A stretch of DNA of 64,000 bases from Utricularia gibba (taxonomy: Eukaryota > Plantae > Magnoliophyta), in assembly GCA_002189035.1 (NCBI GenBank), contig NEEC01000004.1:1922001-1986000 (forward strand), written 5' to 3'. The notes below the pieces were generated by a model. The model worked only from the letters and a program-made list of their open reading frames with translations. It was not told the origin of the DNA and ran no database searches. A program made the translations under genes and the position numbers. Every line of letters begins with the position of its first letter. Positions within the stretch are counted from its first letter, which is position 1. This document shows, piece after piece, positions 60,983 to 64,000 of this stretch.

Positions 60983-63337
60983 CATGAAACACCTTGTTGG
61001 TCTAGACCCAGCCGGGCAGACCGGGTACTCAGTACGTGGACCAAAATCTAATTTGGAAATTTGATCCTATTATATTCTACAAAAAATGACTTAATTACCT
61101 TCAATTTTTTCTTTCCCATTTTGTTACAATTGGTTGTTAATTTCCTGTTTATTGTATATTTATTCAAAATAATTTGAAATAGGAGATTAATTTAAATAAT
61201 TTATTACTTTAAATTAACTGCTGATCAGGCCAACAATTCAGTCCGGTCCGCCCAGTACCCAATTAAAAAATGAGTAGATGAATTTTTAATTAAAATTTAT
61301 GTTTTATTCAAATTGAAATAATTTACTCCGTTGAATTCCCCCTCCTCAAAAAACGCTCCAGGCATCGCCACTGGACACAACATTTTCTTCTAAGGAAATG
61401 TGTAAATTATCTACTGATCCACCATTGCCTTTCCCGTATAAACGGGAAAAGAAAAAAAAGCAAGGTAAGTTTTGCAATACACAAAGAAAACCTGCAAACT
61501 TTTTATATTGGGGAAAGCAGCCTTACACGAACCATTCCTCATTATTGATTTGCACACAGTGTGCTTCGCCCCTTTTACTTGGGAGGATAACCGAGCAGTT
61601 GCGATTCAGACTTTCTTTCTCTATGCTGCTTTCTTGCTGATTATGTGCTATCGGGGTGTTTTGTTGGAATTTATTGTATTAGAGAATAGCTTTGTATTCC
61701 ATATTGTTAGTTGAAGAGGAGTTAAACTTGTTCATAATGTGTACCAACCCATTAACTTTAATGGACTTGAAATTGAGTTGAATCTCATACACACACAATA
61801 TTTTAATTTAGTAAATCTGATTGGGTTTTTGGAGGACCCAGTCACCCCAAAAGCCGCTCGCATGAGAGCGAACCAAACTCCCATTTTGTCTAGAGTTCAT
61901 TAGGATAATCCTAGAGAATTGAGAAATCATTTGCAAATCTTTTACAACATGTTGATCACTTAGCACCTATATCAAGTCAAATCCAACTCATTCTCACAAA
62001 GTAACATCGATAATTCAATAAAACATTTTTATGAAGTAGACATTGATATTCGAGATAACGTGGTGTAAACTACACTATTAATTTTTTAATGTATTATTAA
62101 GAGGCATTTGTAGTTTTTAACAGTAAGTATTTGATGAAAAAATGACACACCCAATATACAGACATCATTTATACATAAATGGAGTCTATATATTTAAAAA
62201 CAAATGTATATATTGAAATATTGATGAAAGATCAAGTGAAGTCATTGTGAATTGAACAAAAAAATCAATTTTCTAGTTGGGCCCATTTTTTCTTATTTCA
62301 AGCCATCAAGTATGACTCATGTTTAAGATAAACAATCAAATGATTTGATTGCTTTTTATTTGTCAACAATCCTATAGTTGTTATGCCAGTATTCAGTTAC
62401 ATAATAGAATAGAAAAACTGGTCCAAGACAAACAAAAGTTTGGTATCTATCTTTTCCATTAAAACTAATTTACATTCATAAGATATAAGAAGGTTGAATT
62501 CTAAGATTAGGAAATGTGAGTTAAGTTTGTGAGTATGCCTTGTAGTTGTAGTTGGATTTCCCCAAAATCCGTTCATTTTTGAGTGATTTTTTGCTCATGG
62601 TTTTTTCTCTTCATAGTTTCCATGTAAATTTAGTATTGTCTTTATTTTGCATCAACACCACACAAACACAAACTTATTTTGAATTAAACACAATTCATGT
62701 TAAGCTACTTCTTGATCTTTCTTTTTTGAGATTTTTTAGCTATATGCTTAAATGTAACAGTATAATATATACATGTTAGTGGCATACCCGTTGGGAGAGG
62801 AACACCATATGGAATAGAGGAGATAAATACTAGGACCAGTTTTCCTTCCCCTTAAAAACCAGGATATGAATCTCCGATGGAATAGAGGAGATAGAGCCCC
62901 TTGCCACTTTGCTAGGGTATTGACATGATTTGGATCGTCAAACGTACTCTTCAACATATTTCACCATTGTAGACTAACGATGGCCATATCACTTAATGTT
63001 GAAATTTCATTAATACATAAAGTCTTCACACTTAAACGCAATAGCCAATACTAGCCACTTGCACAATATTTCAAAAAAATAAGCCATGTGTGATGTGTTG
63101 CACCAAGTTCAAATCTAATTCTATAAAAAAAAAACAAAGTGGAGCAAAAGACCTTGAACTTGATCAAATAAAATTAACCTAGACACTGAAAATAAAATTA
63201 ATAATATTAGTATACCTGGTACCTAGATTGTCGTTTTGTCTGAGAGTAATATTAAGTCAATGGGCCTTGACAAGGCCCAACTTCTCAAGGATGTGTATTA
63301 TCTCCCATTTAAGGCAGTAAAGGTCCGGTGCTGAGCG

Positions 63338-63965
63338 ATGGCGGGACTTCAGCTAAGCTTTCCGTGCAGGGCATTGTCTGCAAAACAACCTTGTAAAACT
63401 CAGCATTCTCCATATTCCCGTGCGTGCTTGAGCAGCTTCACCAGAAGAGCATCTCTTGTTTTTACATATTCTTGGCTCACGACATCTTTCTCGGGTTTCC
63501 ATCCATATCGGAATCTTTCATCGTTTGCTCAAGAGATAATAGATTCGGAAGAAAACAGGGGTGTTGAAATATTTGAGGTCCTCTTCTTAACTCCTTCGAA
63601 TGTCTCCATGTCCTTTATTTTTCTTCTATTGATTACCCGATTCACCAACGCCTTATTGGACTTTAGGAGAATTCATCCTCTGTTGTTTTTGTTGAAGACA
63701 TTGGGTTATCGAAATTACCCCAGAAAGGGGTTAGTATTATTGAAGAAGATGACGGTTTCAAAGTTGAGGGAACTGGTTCTGGTTTTGTCTGGGATGGATT
63801 TGGCCACATTGTGAGCTTTGTTTCTCAATGTCTTTTGATTTTTTATGTTTCCAGCCAATGTTAATTTTCAATCTCTGAAGCCCAACATCATTTTTCTAAC
63901 AGGTTACCAATTACCATGTAGTTTCCAAGCTGCTGACTGATACAACTGGCTTACGACGCTGCAAG
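63338..63965 (+). CDS. DEG5: Protease Do-like 5 (Deg5), chloroplastic; first three exons, gene continues beyond the window
   Basis: Exons 63338-63577, 63667-63810 and 63903-63965. Transit-peptide-like N-terminus, then SSVVFVE...KVEGTGSGFVWDGFGHI|VTNYHVVSKLLTDTTGLRRCK, matching the Deg5-type pattern with the catalytic His. Confidence 0.88.
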
Positions 63966-64000
63966 GTCAGGCCCATTCATCGGTTGCTTCTTCATGTACC

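Noticed and set aside
17917-63965. OSC + GH17 + DEG5 as a biosynthetic gene cluster
   Set aside because: GH17 glucanases and Deg proteases are not known triterpene tailoring enzymes, and no P450, UGT or acyltransferase was found in the window.

Overview
Plant (eudicot-like) nuclear DNA. The core is a tandem array of three same-strand oxidosqualene cyclase (OSC, triterpene synthase) genes, each with 17 exons that I traced by GT-AG boundaries. OSC-1 (17917-22295) and OSC-2 (32016-35689) are intact, 761 aa each. OSC-3 (48632-52356) is a pseudogene with W117* and a +1 frameshift in the last exon. The motifs ([30 protein letters not shown]) resemble the dammarenediol/mixed-amyrin synthase group rather than CAS or lupeol synthase. 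The copies differ at active-site positions: OSC-2 and OSC-3 carry Cys565Pro in the VECT motif that helps activate the catalytic Asp, and residues 729-730 are F-Q in OSC-1 versus Y-M in OSC-2/3. The array is a mosaic of gene-conversion-like tracts. It is embedded in nested TE debris: Ty3 and Copia remnants, a PIF/Harbinger element, hAT, MULEs, Athila-like LTRs, four solo LTRs with perfect 5-bp TSDs and a ~1.1-kb foldback. To the right lie a GH17 beta-1,3-glucanase (minus strand, 54993-56347) and the first three exons of chloroplast protease DEG5 (from 63338). I found no P450, UGT or acyltransferase gene, so a biosynthetic gene cluster is not shown here. I found no rRNA, tRNA or CRISPR. All alignments were done by eye; no database searches were run.
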